From assembly GCA_021799595.1 (NCBI GenBank), contig JAJZAF010000001.1:20328-84327 (forward strand): 64,000 bases of DNA, in the 5' to 3' direction. Below are positions 1 through 9,671 of the stretch, one piece after another. This DNA comes from a bacterium (lineage in GTDB: Bacteria; Patescibacteriota; Saccharimonadia; Saccharimonadales; UBA4665). Each line of letters starts with the position of its first letter. Position 1 is the stretch's first letter. The notes below the pieces were generated by a model. It did not search any database. It worked only from the letters and a program-made list of their open reading frames with translations, and was not told the DNA's origin. A program made the position numbers and the translations under genes.

Positions 1-509
1 ATGTTCTTACAAACTGGAGGCTGTGTACCCCCCATGCGCAATAGTCCACACAAGGTTGAGTCGCTGACTTTCCAAGCATTGTTAATTTTCAGTGCTGTGC
101 CTTGTTGGTCTTTGAGAACTGGCTGGCCATTTAAGTCAACAGTATAACTGACGCTGGCAGAGGTGCCATTATTATTTACAGTTACTTGACTAATAATCGC
201 ACTAGAAGCTGCTGAGCTTAACGTGCTGAACTCGGCTTGCATTGGCTGCGCAAAAGCGCTACCGTTTTGCAGAAGTTGTTCCCTCGTATTAAGTGGAGTT
301 GTCGCTGCAAAGAATTGTTTCCAATTTGCTTCAATCTGCTGCTTATCTGCATTAATCTGTGAAGAGGACAGCTGATTGTTGGAAGTAATGACTTTGGAAT
401 GATCATGTGCTATCCAAATAGATATTACCACCACGATAATTATAATGACTAGCCCACCGATAATGGTTGGCACAAAGCTATTTGACTTACGACTTGTCTT
501 ATTTGCCAC
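1..509 (-). CDS. hypothetical membrane-anchored protein; the C-terminus runs off the left edge of the window
   Basis: It is absent from the ORF track because there is no in-window stop. Reading the minus strand from GTG 509-507 (GGAG 6 nt upstream) gives an unbroken frame down to position 3: VANKTSRKSNSFVPTIIGGLVIIIIVVVISIWIAHDH...NNAWKVSDSTLCGLLRMGGTQPPVCKN. It has one N-terminal TM helix followed by a soluble domain. Confidence 0.55.
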   Translation of the reverse strand, partial: MANKTSRKSNSFVPTIIGGLVIIIIVVVISIWIAHDHSKVITSNNQLSSSQINADKQQIEANWKQFFAATTPLNTREQLLQNGSAFAQPMQAEFSTLSSAASSAIISQVTVNNNGTSASVSYTVDLNGQPVLKDQQGTALKINNAWKVSDSTLCGLLRMGGTQPPVCKN

Positions 510-886
510 AGTTTTCTCCGTTCACCACCCATTTATTGGTTCATAGCAATTGTATCATGTTATTGCAAGCTAGCAAGAACTGCTTTTTACAGAGACGATT
601 GAGTAGTTTCTTGACTTGACTGGGCAGCAATGTGGGCAGCGTTGGCGCCAGCATTTTCATACACACTTTTTAAAGTCATAAGCTCGGGCATAACTATGCT
701 ATCAAGAAGATAAAGTGGCAGAAAAACGAAACAAAAAACAAAGATCATAAGGAGGAAAAAACGCATACAGTGACATAGTACGTGAGACTTTGTAAGAAGT
801 TAAGTGCTCATGGTAAGATAAATGAAAGCAAGCCCAATGAGACTTCTAGTCAGAGCAATCTACAGCAGGAGGCAGCATGTAAAGAA

Positions 887-1969
887 ATGAATAAACTGAC
901 ACATTTTTTTAATCGGCATGACGCCGCAGTAGCCCTGGCTCTCGTCATTATGGCCATTACTATTGGCACCGGTCTCGGTTGGGAAAATAATAAAATTGTT
1001 CCGGTTAATCCTGCACCCACCGCTCATTACACACTGGAACCACATAATCGACTGAGCATACTATCTAACTGGGATGGTCCGATTTACCTCAATATTGCCG
1101 ATCATGGATATGAAACTGCCGGACAAGCCAACTTTTTTCCACTATACCCGTTAGCAATTCATTTGGTCCACGTGGTTATATCCTCGATACTCGATAGTGC
1201 TTTGGTTGTCTCATGGTTGGCATTTTTTATAGCTACTTTATTTTATCTCAAAATTATGAAGCAACTTTATGGTAATCACGGCGGTCTTGAAGCTGCTCGG
1301 GGAACTATATTGTTTGTTTTCTTCCCAACTGCTGTTTTTTTATTCGCCACTTATACCGAAGCTCTCTTCGCTTGTTTCGCACTCGGTAGTCTCTACTTTG
1401 CCTTAAGACAACGTTACGTACTTTGCGCAATTATGGCGCTACTATGCACTGCAACACATGTTACTGGTTTGTTTGTACTGGTGTTAATTGGTCTGGTTCT
1501 ACTAGAATCCGGCACTAGACTCTGGCGAGCTGCTTTGACCACTGCAGCCGGGGCACTTGGTTTTATATTTTATCTCATATACCAACAGGTTAGGTTTCAT
1601 AATATATTTGCTTTTATTGACGCCCAGAAAAAACACAATTGGTTTGATCTTAATCCCACTCACTTTTTTAGCGCGTTAGCAAGTTTAAACGGTCTCTTCA
1701 TCATTCTCCTGGTCATCGCAGCAATCTACTGGTGGCAAAAACGTAAAAGCTTTGCTATCTATTCATTCCTTTACGCCTGCATTATCTTTGTGGGTGGTAA
1801 AGATCTCGGTGGAGTTGGCCGTTATAGTCTTATGGCCTTTCCGCTACAGTTTATGCTATATGAGTATTTTAGAAATAAGAAAGTGGCATATCCGCTCGTG
1901 ATCACACTATGTGCCATATTATGGACTTTTTACACACTACGTTACATCGGTGGCTACACTGGTGGTTAA
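887..1969 (+). CDS. polytopic membrane glycosyltransferase, PIG-V/GT76-like mannosyltransferase family
   Basis: It has many TM helices. WDGPIYLNIADHGYE and NFFPLYPLAIHLV match the WD..Y..IA..GY / FFPLYP signature of PIG-V-like mannosyltransferases. The ORF opens at GTG 782, but ATG 887 (MNKLTHFF, followed directly by TM1) is the likelier start. Confidence 0.55.
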   Translation: MNKLTHFFNRHDAAVALALVIMAITIGTGLGWENNKIVPVNPAPTAHYTLEPHNRLSILSNWDGPIYLNIADHGYETAGQANFFPLYPLAIHLVHVVISSILDSALVVSWLAFFIATLFYLKIMKQLYGNHGGLEAARGTILFVFFPTAVFLFATYTEALFACFALGSLYFALRQRYVLCAIMALLCTATHVTGLFVLVLIGLVLLESGTRLWRAALTTAAGALGFIFYLIYQQVRFHNIFAFIDAQKKHNWFDLNPTHFFSALASLNGLFIILLVIAAIYWWQKRKSFAIYSFLYACIIFVGGKDLGGVGRYSLMAFPLQFMLYEYFRNKKVAYPLVITLCAILWTFYTLRYIGGYTGG

Positions 1970-1979
1970 TCAGTCTTCT

Positions 1980-2006
1980 TGAAGCCGCCGAACTTCTGAT
2001 ATAATC
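1980..2006 (+). promoter_or_regulatory. candidate sigma70-type promoter with extended -10 upstream of ino1
   Basis: TTGAAG (1980-1985), a 15-nt spacer, then TGaTATAAT (1998-2006), 53 nt upstream of ATG 2059. The spacer is short, so the extended -10 carries most of the weight. Confidence 0.35.
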
Positions 2007-2058
2007 TATAAGATCTTTAATCGATTAGCTAAATGGATAACAGATCGTAAGGATACAT

Positions 2059-3192
2059 ATGGCTAGTGCTGACCATCCGAAAAAAATCCGTATCGCTGTC
2101 GTGGGCATCGGCAATTGTTTCTCCGCTCTCTACCAAGGTTTCGCCTACTATAAAAGACACAGAAATGAACAAGTTCCTGGTTTGATGTTTGAAGACATTG
2201 GAGGCTATGCACCGACCGACATAGAGTTAGTAACGGCCTTTGACGTTGACAAACGAAAGGTTGGTAAACCAGTTGGGGAAGCTATTTTCGCCCGACCTAA
2301 TTGCGCCCGTGTTTTTATGCCTGATGTTCCGAAAGGTTGCACTGTTCAGATGGGACCTGTTTTAGATGGAGTCTCTGAGTACATGCGTGACCAGCCAGCC
2401 AGCATTGGGTTTCGAATTAGCAATGAGCCAGCTGTTGATGTCGTTCGTGTACTAAAAAAGACAAAGGCAGATATTTTATTGAACTACTTACCAGTGGGCT
2501 CACAAAAGGCTACTGAATACTACGCTCAAGCGGCCATTGACGCAGGTGTTGCATTCTTAAACTGCATACCGGTCTTTATTGCAAGCAACCCCAAATGGGA
2601 GAAGAAATTCATAGATGCTGGCTTACCTCTAATTGGCGACGACATGCGCAGCGCATTTGGTGCCAGCATTTTATCCCAAGTGTTACAAGAACTAGCTTTT
2701 GACAGAGGCTTCTTTGTAGATTTTCACCAGCAACTAAACATTGGCGGCAATACTGACTTTAATAACATGATGGTACAGTCACGTTTAGCCTCTAAAAAGA
2801 AGTCCAAGGAAAACGTTATCCGTGCTCAAAATGAGCTAAGGGGTATTCCAGTACCGAAAGATAGTCTCTTTGCCGGACCGAGTACGTTTCTGCCTTATTT
2901 GAAAGACAATAAGGTTGCATATTTTAATGTTCGTTTGCGTGGTTTCGGCAATGCGCCAGTAACTGTTGATGTGAAGCTTTCAGTACAGGATTCTGAAAAC
3001 AGCGCCGGTGTGGTCATTGATGCTATTCGCTACCTTCAAGTCGCCCGTGAACTTGGTGTAGTTGGGGCTCTCAGAGGACCAAGCGCTTGGACTCAGAAAA
3101 CTCCGCCACGTCAAATGACGTATGCCGATGCCAAGAAAGCCTGCGAACGATTATCCCGTCGTCAACTGCCATCTCAATCTAAAGTTAAGTGA
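2059..3192 (+). CDS. ino1: myo-inositol-1-phosphate synthase (inositol-3-phosphate synthase), bacterial/archaeal type
   Basis: N-terminal Rossmann segment KIRIAVVGIGNCFSALYQG. LIGDDMRSAFGASILSQVL, NIGGNTDFNNM and SKKKSKENVI follow the GDDIKSQ.GAT / GGN.DF / SKK.SK pattern of the Mycobacterium/Archaeoglobus-type Ino1. The length (377 aa) is typical. Confidence 0.8.
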   Translation: MASADHPKKIRIAVVGIGNCFSALYQGFAYYKRHRNEQVPGLMFEDIGGYAPTDIELVTAFDVDKRKVGKPVGEAIFARPNCARVFMPDVPKGCTVQMGPVLDGVSEYMRDQPASIGFRISNEPAVDVVRVLKKTKADILLNYLPVGSQKATEYYAQAAIDAGVAFLNCIPVFIASNPKWEKKFIDAGLPLIGDDMRSAFGASILSQVLQELAFDRGFFVDFHQQLNIGGNTDFNNMMVQSRLASKKKSKENVIRAQNELRGIPVPKDSLFAGPSTFLPYLKDNKVAYFNVRLRGFGNAPVTVDVKLSVQDSENSAGVVIDAIRYLQVARELGVVGALRGPSAWTQKTPPRQMTYADAKKACERLSRRQLPSQSKVK

Positions 3193-3916
3193 GCTTTTGA
3201 GCGGCTGCTTTATCTACTAGCCAACTCACGTGACCACCATGAGTCTCAATTGCTGCTACTGCTTGTGCTACAGGTAAGACGCTCTTCGGCTTTAAAGCAG
3301 CATGAAGCGTTACGGCTTTTTGAGCACCGCTCACAATAATAAGGCACTTCGCACAGTCACTTAGAGCGGACAGGGTAAGACTGATGCGGTTTGGTGGAGG
3401 CTTGGGTGAATCATACACAGCCACTGTTATATCTGTACTATCTAACTCAGAACGATCAGGGAATAACGACAAGGTATGACCGTCTTCTCCCATGCCGAGC
3501 CAGGCAATGTCAAAATGTGGAATAGGATTCTTAGCGTTAACGAACTTCTTGAGTTGTTTTTTATAATTAAGAGACATCACTTCTGGATTATGGTTATATT
3601 GAGGGCTGAGACGATTCTGCTTAGGTATGTTGAGAGGATCAAGTAGTGTGTCGACAATCTCTCGCCAATTAGTTTGGTGACTATCAAGAGGTACACATCG
3701 TTCATCGCCGATGGCCACGAAAACCTTGCCCCAGTCAATTTTATCTGCAAATTCTTCAACAAGTAGCCGGTAGGCTGCAAGAGGAGTAGTGCCACCGGCT
3801 AACAGCCAATTGGCTTGATTGTTTTTTTTAAGAACACCACGTAAATAGGTAGCCGTCTGCCACGCAGCCATTCTGGCCACCGCCTGTGCGTCCGTTTTTA
3901 TAATGACTTCTGACAT
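3185..3916 (-). CDS. pgl: 6-phosphogluconolactonase
   Basis: LAGGTTP, VAIGDERCVP and WLGMGEDGHTLSLFP are hallmark motifs. The gene is divergent from gnd. Confidence 0.85.
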   Translation of the reverse strand: MSEVIIKTDAQAVARMAAWQTATYLRGVLKKNNQANWLLAGGTTPLAAYRLLVEEFADKIDWGKVFVAIGDERCVPLDSHQTNWREIVDTLLDPLNIPKQNRLSPQYNHNPEVMSLNYKKQLKKFVNAKNPIPHFDIAWLGMGEDGHTLSLFPDRSELDSTDITVAVYDSPKPPPNRISLTLSALSDCAKCLIIVSGAQKAVTLHAALKPKSVLPVAQAVAAIETHGGHVSWLVDKAAAQKLT

Positions 3917-3978
3917 TCCCCGTGAGCCATTTTATCTTTCAGCGCGTTTTCCAGCGCGATTATATTATACTAGTACAT

Positions 3979-5442
3979 ATGCCTGTTAAACAGCCGATCG
4001 GAGACATTGCCGTTATTGGTATGGCTGTCATGGGACAAAACATCATCTTAAACATGAACGATCATGGCTTTACAGTAGTTGCTTTTAATCGTACTGTCAG
4101 CAAGGTTGATGATTTTCTGGCAGGTGCTGCAAAAGGGACAAAGATTATAGGCGCTCATAGTGCCGAGGAAATGACTGCGCACCTGAAAAGACCGCGTCGG
4201 GTTATGTTAATGGTGAAAGCTGGTCAACCAGTTGATGAGACAATCGATCACATTCTGCCTTTTCTAGAAAAAGGTGACATTATTATTGACGGTGGTAATT
4301 CTCTTTTTACAGATACTATAAGACGGCAGCAAGAACTAGCCACCAAAGGGCTACTCTATATAGGAGCAGGTATTTCTGGCGGAGAAGACGGTGCTAGGCA
4401 CGGTCCATCAATCATGCCGGGAGGGTCAATCGAGGCCTGGCCACACGTCAAAGACATTTTCCAAGCTATTGCCGCCAAATTAGATGATGGAACTCCTTGT
4501 TGCGATTGGATGGGTAACGGTGGTGCTGGCCACTACGTTAAGATGGTTCATAATGGTATTGAGTATGGCGATGAGCAACTTATTTGTGAAGCCTACCAGT
4601 TGATGCGCAATTATCTAAAGTTGCCAGTTATGCAAATAGCAGATATTTTTAGCGAATGGAACAAAGGTGAGCTTGACAGTTATCTCATTGAAATTACTGC
4701 CGACATTCTTAAAGCCAAGGACAGTGATGGCCAACCACTAATAGACAAAATACTTGATACGGCAGGGCAGAAAGGGACCGGCAAGTGGACGGTTATTAAT
4801 GCCGTTGAGCTCGGCCAACCCGCCACTCTTATTAGTGAAGCTTTGTTTGCTCGCTTTACCTCAACACTAAAAGAACAGCGTCAGACAGCCGAGAAAATTT
4901 TAATGGGCACTGCTATAAAGGCACCATCAGACGCAAGTAGCTTTATTGAGCAGTTACGTAGGGCGCTCTATGCCAGCAAGATCGTCAGCTACAGCCAAGG
5001 CTACATGATGCTCATGGCTGCAGCCACAGAATATAGTTGGAAACTTGAATATGCCAACATCGCAACAGTCTGGCGCGGTGGCTGTATAATTCGGAGTCGG
5101 TTTTTAGAAGACATTGCGAAAGCCTATCAAAGAAATAGCAACCTTACTAACTTGATGATTGATCCATTTTTTACTAAAGCTCTTGTAGAGCACCAGGCTG
5201 CCTGGCGATCAGTTGTATCGACCGCCGTCATTACAGGCATCCCTGTACCTGCTATGTCTAGCGGTCTAGCATTTTATGACGCCTATCGTTCTAGTCAGCT
5301 GCCAGCAAATCTTCTGCAGGCCCAGCGTGACTACTTCGGTGCCCATACTTATGAACGCATCGACAAGCCTCGAGGTGAATTCTTTCATACTAACTGGACT
5401 GGTCATGGTGGCAAAACGAGTTCAAGTACTTACAATGCCTAA
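3979..5442 (+). CDS. gnd: 6-phosphogluconate dehydrogenase (decarboxylating)
   Basis: IGMAVMGQNIILNM (NADP fold), GISGGEDGARHGPSIMPGG, MVHNGIEYGDEQLICEAY and QAQRDYFGAHTYER. The ORF opens at 3922, but ATG 3979 (MPVKQPIGDIAVIG) gives the canonical N-terminus. Confidence 0.9.
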   Translation: MPVKQPIGDIAVIGMAVMGQNIILNMNDHGFTVVAFNRTVSKVDDFLAGAAKGTKIIGAHSAEEMTAHLKRPRRVMLMVKAGQPVDETIDHILPFLEKGDIIIDGGNSLFTDTIRRQQELATKGLLYIGAGISGGEDGARHGPSIMPGGSIEAWPHVKDIFQAIAAKLDDGTPCCDWMGNGGAGHYVKMVHNGIEYGDEQLICEAYQLMRNYLKLPVMQIADIFSEWNKGELDSYLIEITADILKAKDSDGQPLIDKILDTAGQKGTGKWTVINAVELGQPATLISEALFARFTSTLKEQRQTAEKILMGTAIKAPSDASSFIEQLRRALYASKIVSYSQGYMMLMAAATEYSWKLEYANIATVWRGGCIIRSRFLEDIAKAYQRNSNLTNLMIDPFFTKALVEHQAAWRSVVSTAVITGIPVPAMSSGLAFYDAYRSSQLPANLLQAQRDYFGAHTYERIDKPRGEFFHTNWTGHGGKTSSSTYNA

Positions 5443-5795
5443 GCAGAGGGCTCAAGGCCAACTCGCTGCTTAAAGTTAGTAAAAGTATTCCTTACTGTAA
5501 TTCTGTCCATCCCGACAATTTTTGAAATTCATTAAGGTCAGCAGTCTGGTCATATTTAAAAATTCTAGCTTGAAGAGTGCTTATTATTTTTTATCTCACC
5601 GATTTTTGATACTCTTGTTCTCATCTTGTGCTCCCGTCAGGAATACAACATATACTTATATTTATTGTTGTTTCTAAAAGAAATTAATAGAATTGTAGTG
5701 CTTGAACTATCCATAAATTTTAGATTTTTTACAGATAATGTTTTAAGAAGGGTCAATAGTATACAACGTATAGTAAAGCTGATATACTTTGCTTA

Positions 5796-6611
5796 GTGAC
5801 AAGTGAGAAAGCAATAATCTCGGCCAAGCATGTAGTCAAGACCTTCGATGCCGTAAAAGCCGTTAGAGATATCACCTTTGAAGTTAAAAAGGGTGAAATT
5901 TTTGCATTCTTAGGTCCAAACGGGGCTGGTAAGAGCACCACTATTAAGATGCTAACAACGATGCTGAAGCCCACAAGCGGCCAGTTGCGTCTGGCTGGCC
6001 ATGATGTCACTAAAGAAAGAGACAGTGCCCGGAAAGCGTTTGGCATTGTTTTTCAGGATCCTAGCCTCGACGAAGAGTTGACAGCCTATGAGAATATGGA
6101 GCTACACGCTTCTTTATATGGAGTGCCTAAAGCTAAACGGGCTAAACGGATTGAGAACTTAATGGAACTAGTAGAACTCTGGAATCGGCGCAATTCACTA
6201 ATCAAAACATTCTCAGGTGGTATGCGCCGAAGACTGGAAATTGCTCGTGGATTACTACATGAGCCAAAAGTTCTCTTTTTAGACGAACCGACACTAGGAC
6301 TAGATACTCAAACTCGTAACCTTATGTGGGACTATGTGCAAAAACTAAGTCATGAAAAGGGTATGACAATCTTTTTCACCACACATTATCTTGACGAAGC
6401 AGAAGATGTCGCTGAGCGCATTGCAATTATTGACAAGGGTTCCATCATTGCAATTGGTACAACAACTGAGCTTTGTCGATTAACTAAGACGACAACGTTA
6501 GAAGAAGCTTATTTACAACTGACCGGCCGGGCGCTACGTGACGAAAGCGAAGCAGGCAACAATAACGCCTTGAATGCCAAAATGGCACTTCGTAATAGGA
6601 GGCTGAGATAA
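5796..6611 (+). CDS. ABC transporter ATP-binding protein (ABC-2/DrrA-like exporter)
   Basis: Walker A GPNGAGKST, signature FSGGMRRRLEIA, Walker B LFLDEPTLGLD. GTG start. Confidence 0.85.
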   Translation: MTSEKAIISAKHVVKTFDAVKAVRDITFEVKKGEIFAFLGPNGAGKSTTIKMLTTMLKPTSGQLRLAGHDVTKERDSARKAFGIVFQDPSLDEELTAYENMELHASLYGVPKAKRAKRIENLMELVELWNRRNSLIKTFSGGMRRRLEIARGLLHEPKVLFLDEPTLGLDTQTRNLMWDYVQKLSHEKGMTIFFTTHYLDEAEDVAERIAIIDKGSIIAIGTTTELCRLTKTTTLEEAYLQLTGRALRDESEAGNNNALNAKMALRNRRLR

Positions 6612-7363
6612 TGGATTTATTCACTATTTTATGGCTTCGGCAAATGCGTCGATATGTCCGCAGTGGTTCACGCCTGCTCGGCAGTCTCGGTCAACCAATC
6701 TTGCTATTACTCGCACTCGGTTACGGCATCGGTGCAATCTACCGGCGGGCCGGTGAGGGTAACTACTTGGAGTTCTTAGTCCCAGGCATCATCACTCAGA
6801 CTGTGCTGTTATCTGCTATCTTCTGGGGTATTATTATTCTTCAGGATAAGCGCTTTGGTTTTCTGGCGGAACTTCTAGTAGCACCAGTAAAGCGCATCCA
6901 AGTGCTTTTTGGCAGCGCTTGTGGTGGCGCCACGATCTCTATTATCCAAGGTTGCATGGTGTTTACTATATCCATCATATTTGGCTTTCGCCCTCATAAC
7001 TGGGTCCTGGTGCCAGTCGCCTTCGCCGTTCTGATATTTATGAGTGTCGCCTTGACCTGTTTTGGTGCCGGTATTGCTTCAATGGTTGACGATTTTCAAG
7101 GATTTCAGGGCATTAACAACCTTCTCGTCATGCCTCTTTTCTTTTTGTCAAGCGCGCTCTATCCGCTCAATAATATCCCGACGTTTCTTAAGATAATAAG
7201 TGAATGCAACCCAGTCACATATATGGTTGACGCTCTTCGCTATCTGCTCTCTGGCCCCAGTCAAACTCATTTCGGCATCGCGAAAGATCTCATTATTATG
7301 GCAATTACATTCCTAGTAACACTCAGCTTTGCCGTCAATCGCTTCAACCATATACAAATGTAG
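6611..7363 (+). CDS. ABC-2 type transporter permease
   Basis: Six-TM protein whose ATG overlaps the ATPase stop by 1 nt. It is the typical partner of a DrrA-like ATPase. Confidence 0.75.
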   Translation: MDLFTILWLRQMRRYVRSGSRLLGSLGQPILLLLALGYGIGAIYRRAGEGNYLEFLVPGIITQTVLLSAIFWGIIILQDKRFGFLAELLVAPVKRIQVLFGSACGGATISIIQGCMVFTISIIFGFRPHNWVLVPVAFAVLIFMSVALTCFGAGIASMVDDFQGFQGINNLLVMPLFFLSSALYPLNNIPTFLKIISECNPVTYMVDALRYLLSGPSQTHFGIAKDLIIMAITFLVTLSFAVNRFNHIQM

Positions 7364-7380
7364 GCTCCTCCTTAAAAAGA

Positions 7381-8346
7381 TCAGGCTAAAGGCATAGTCA
7401 TCTGGAAAAGCTGTCGTCGCACACAAATCATGAATGCAGAAGCTCCAAAAACTAGCATCAGCCAGTAACTAACCAACCTATATAAGAGAGCTATCGCCAA
7501 AGCTGGCGAACTGGCGACTCCGTACACTAAAAAGGCTGCCACCAAACCCGCCTCAAAGCCACCAAGTCCGCCGGGTGTAGGTGTTACCGTGCCTGCACTA
7601 AGACCAATAGTGAAAATAATGACTGTGGCAATGAGCGAAAGATGTACGCCCAAAGCGTTTGCACAGAAATGAAAACAGAAGATATTTGCACTTGTAAGAA
7701 GCATCGATGAAATAAGCGCAGCCAATATACGTAATGGTCGTTTTGAATAATTACGAAGCTGCAAAGCAATATTTCTTAAAAGCATCAAGACGCGGTGGCG
7801 AGCTACAACAAAAGCAATACAGAGGATCATTAAAACGATTGTCAAAACAAGCCACAAGACTCCCAAGCCATGGCGTTCAGAACTTAATATCAGTTTTTGA
7901 TTTGCTGCTGAGGATGAAACGATAATGAAGACAACTATAAGAAAATGCCCAAATAAACCGAGTATATTATTGACAGCAATGACGGTAGCAGCTTGTGTCG
8001 TGTTATGTTGCCGGTGTCGTAGATAAGTATAATTAGCACCGAGAGCACCAACTCCGGCCGGCAGCAAACGATTAATGAGCATGGCAGCAAACTCTACTGT
8101 GACAACCTCCAGATAATGAAGACGATAAAAAGCAAGCAAACAGTAGGTTAGTGCTGCAAAAAAATAGGTGAGCAGGGTGGCTATAATTGCCAACACCAAC
8201 CAGCTTAAACGAGCTTGGCTAAGCAAATGCCAACTACTACTAAAGACTGATAACTGCGGCACCAAAACGTATAATGCAAACAGCAACAATACTGCAATGA
8301 GGAGGTTGCGCCAGCGCAAAAACGGCGACTTATAGGCTGTTGGCAT
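7381..8346 (-). CDS. UPF0104 / lysylphosphatidylglycerol-synthase-TM-region-like (flippase-like) membrane protein
   Basis: Polytopic protein. TPTPGGLGGFEAGLV resembles the conserved P.GGlG..E motif of this family. Confidence 0.5.
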   Translation of the reverse strand: MPTAYKSPFLRWRNLLIAVLLLFALYVLVPQLSVFSSSWHLLSQARLSWLVLAIIATLLTYFFAALTYCLLAFYRLHYLEVVTVEFAAMLINRLLPAGVGALGANYTYLRHRQHNTTQAATVIAVNNILGLFGHFLIVVFIIVSSSAANQKLILSSERHGLGVLWLVLTIVLMILCIAFVVARHRVLMLLRNIALQLRNYSKRPLRILAALISSMLLTSANIFCFHFCANALGVHLSLIATVIIFTIGLSAGTVTPTPGGLGGFEAGLVAAFLVYGVASSPALAIALLYRLVSYWLMLVFGASAFMICVRRQLFQMTMPLA

Positions 8347-8439
8347 CGTAAGTTATTATATATGCTCTGTCGAAAATCTTACGTTCATATAATTTGATGT
8401 ATGGTTTAATGACTAAAAACTAATAACGTAATACGTAAT

Positions 8440-9396
8440 ATGGGTAGATCGTCTGTGGCAGGCGCTAGTAAAGGACTTCATTACACACGTAAAATTATGT
8501 GGCAGTGCGTTATATGGGTGATTCTCTATATAGCACTCATATTTATCTTGCCACCAAACGTGGCTACAATGACACGCTACCACTTGAGCGCTCTTGCCTA
8601 TAAGGTGGCAACAACGACACTTGCTTTACCAGAATTAGCCTCCTGGCTTGCCGCATTTTGGGGCTATAGTAAGCTCAAAAGCTATGCATCTGTCATCGCT
8701 GCCAGTAGAGATAATACCAGTTTTCATCGTCTCGCTCTTGGGGGAGCATGGTTAGCGTGGAGCCTTCCTATCACTGCTACCCTAAAGTTAATTTTTGGCG
8801 CCATGACCACTACTAGCCAGCCTGGATTTCATTCGGCCAGTGTCATTATATATACCTATGTAGCACTTGTTTTTGCATGTATTGCTTTCAGTTTCATTGC
8901 GCAGTCCGCAAAAGATATAGCCAGCTTTTACCGTATTCACATCAGCCTGAAGAGTTCTCGCTTGATTATGCTTATTTTTCTCCTGTTTGGCATATTGTAT
9001 TGCTTTTTAATCTTTCAGCATTTGACGCCGCTTAATTTGACGAGCGCTCATAATCCGTACTTCCTTCCCGTTTGGCTACTCATTATTAGCGTGACCATTC
9101 CGTACCTCTACGCCTGGTTTATCGGGTTATTATCAGCCTATCAAATACTACTGACAAGCTACCGAGTTCATGGTCTGCTCTATGCTAAGGCGCTGCAACT
9201 ACTCATCATTGGTCTCATGATTGTGATCGTCAGTTTTATAGGATTGCAGTACGTAACAAGCGTTGTACCACAAAATTACGATGTTGTATTTAACTTACAG
9301 TTACTCATAGGTCACGCTGTTCGTATTATCAATGCAATCGGTTTTCTCACTATAGCCCTCGGAGCCAATAAATTGAAAAGGATCGAGGAGGTCTAA
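8440..9396 (+). CDS. multi-pass membrane protein, unknown function
   Basis: Long ORF with repeated hydrophobic helices. It is the first gene of an overlapping run (9396, 9668) that leads into a histidine kinase. The start could also be ATG 8497. Confidence 0.55.
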   Translation: MGRSSVAGASKGLHYTRKIMWQCVIWVILYIALIFILPPNVATMTRYHLSALAYKVATTTLALPELASWLAAFWGYSKLKSYASVIAASRDNTSFHRLALGGAWLAWSLPITATLKLIFGAMTTTSQPGFHSASVIIYTYVALVFACIAFSFIAQSAKDIASFYRIHISLKSSRLIMLIFLLFGILYCFLIFQHLTPLNLTSAHNPYFLPVWLLIISVTIPYLYAWFIGLLSAYQILLTSYRVHGLLYAKALQLLIIGLMIVIVSFIGLQYVTSVVPQNYDVVFNLQLLIGHAVRIINAIGFLTIALGANKLKRIEEV

Positions 9397-9671
9397 TGGA
9401 AAGGCAAGACGCTATTCTCTATGATAAAGTTATTGCTATTACCAGTAATTACCTCGGACCAGCAGCTAATCGATTTATTGACCGACAAATTGAGGGTCAT
9501 TTGAAAAAAACCACAAAAGAATTAAGCGCCAAAGACGTATTAAGTTTACTTGACTGGATACAAGCCGCCGTTGCACTGCTTACAGAGGATAACGGCATTG
9601 TCGAAGAATACGTTAGTCGGCTGCGCCAATTGGCTGAGGACAATAGTAAGAAACCTGGGAAGAACAGATGA
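9396..9671 (+). CDS. small soluble hypothetical protein (91 aa)
   Basis: The start overlaps the upstream stop by 1 nt (TAATG). Its stop overlaps the kinase start (ATGA). It therefore appears translationally coupled on both sides. Confidence 0.5.
   Translation: MERQDAILYDKVIAITSNYLGPAANRFIDRQIEGHLKKTTKELSAKDVLSLLDWIQAAVALLTEDNGIVEEYVSRLRQLAEDNSKKPGKNR

Noticed and set aside
218-406. Track ORF (62 aa, minus strand)
   Set aside because: It lies in a different frame inside the longer edge-truncated minus-strand ORF 1..509, which has a GGAG-GTG start and a TM helix. It is probably a shadow ORF.
5276-5473. 65-aa ORF overlapping the 3' end of gnd
   Set aside because: It is out of frame within a conserved gene and extends only 31 nt beyond it. 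There is no start signal.
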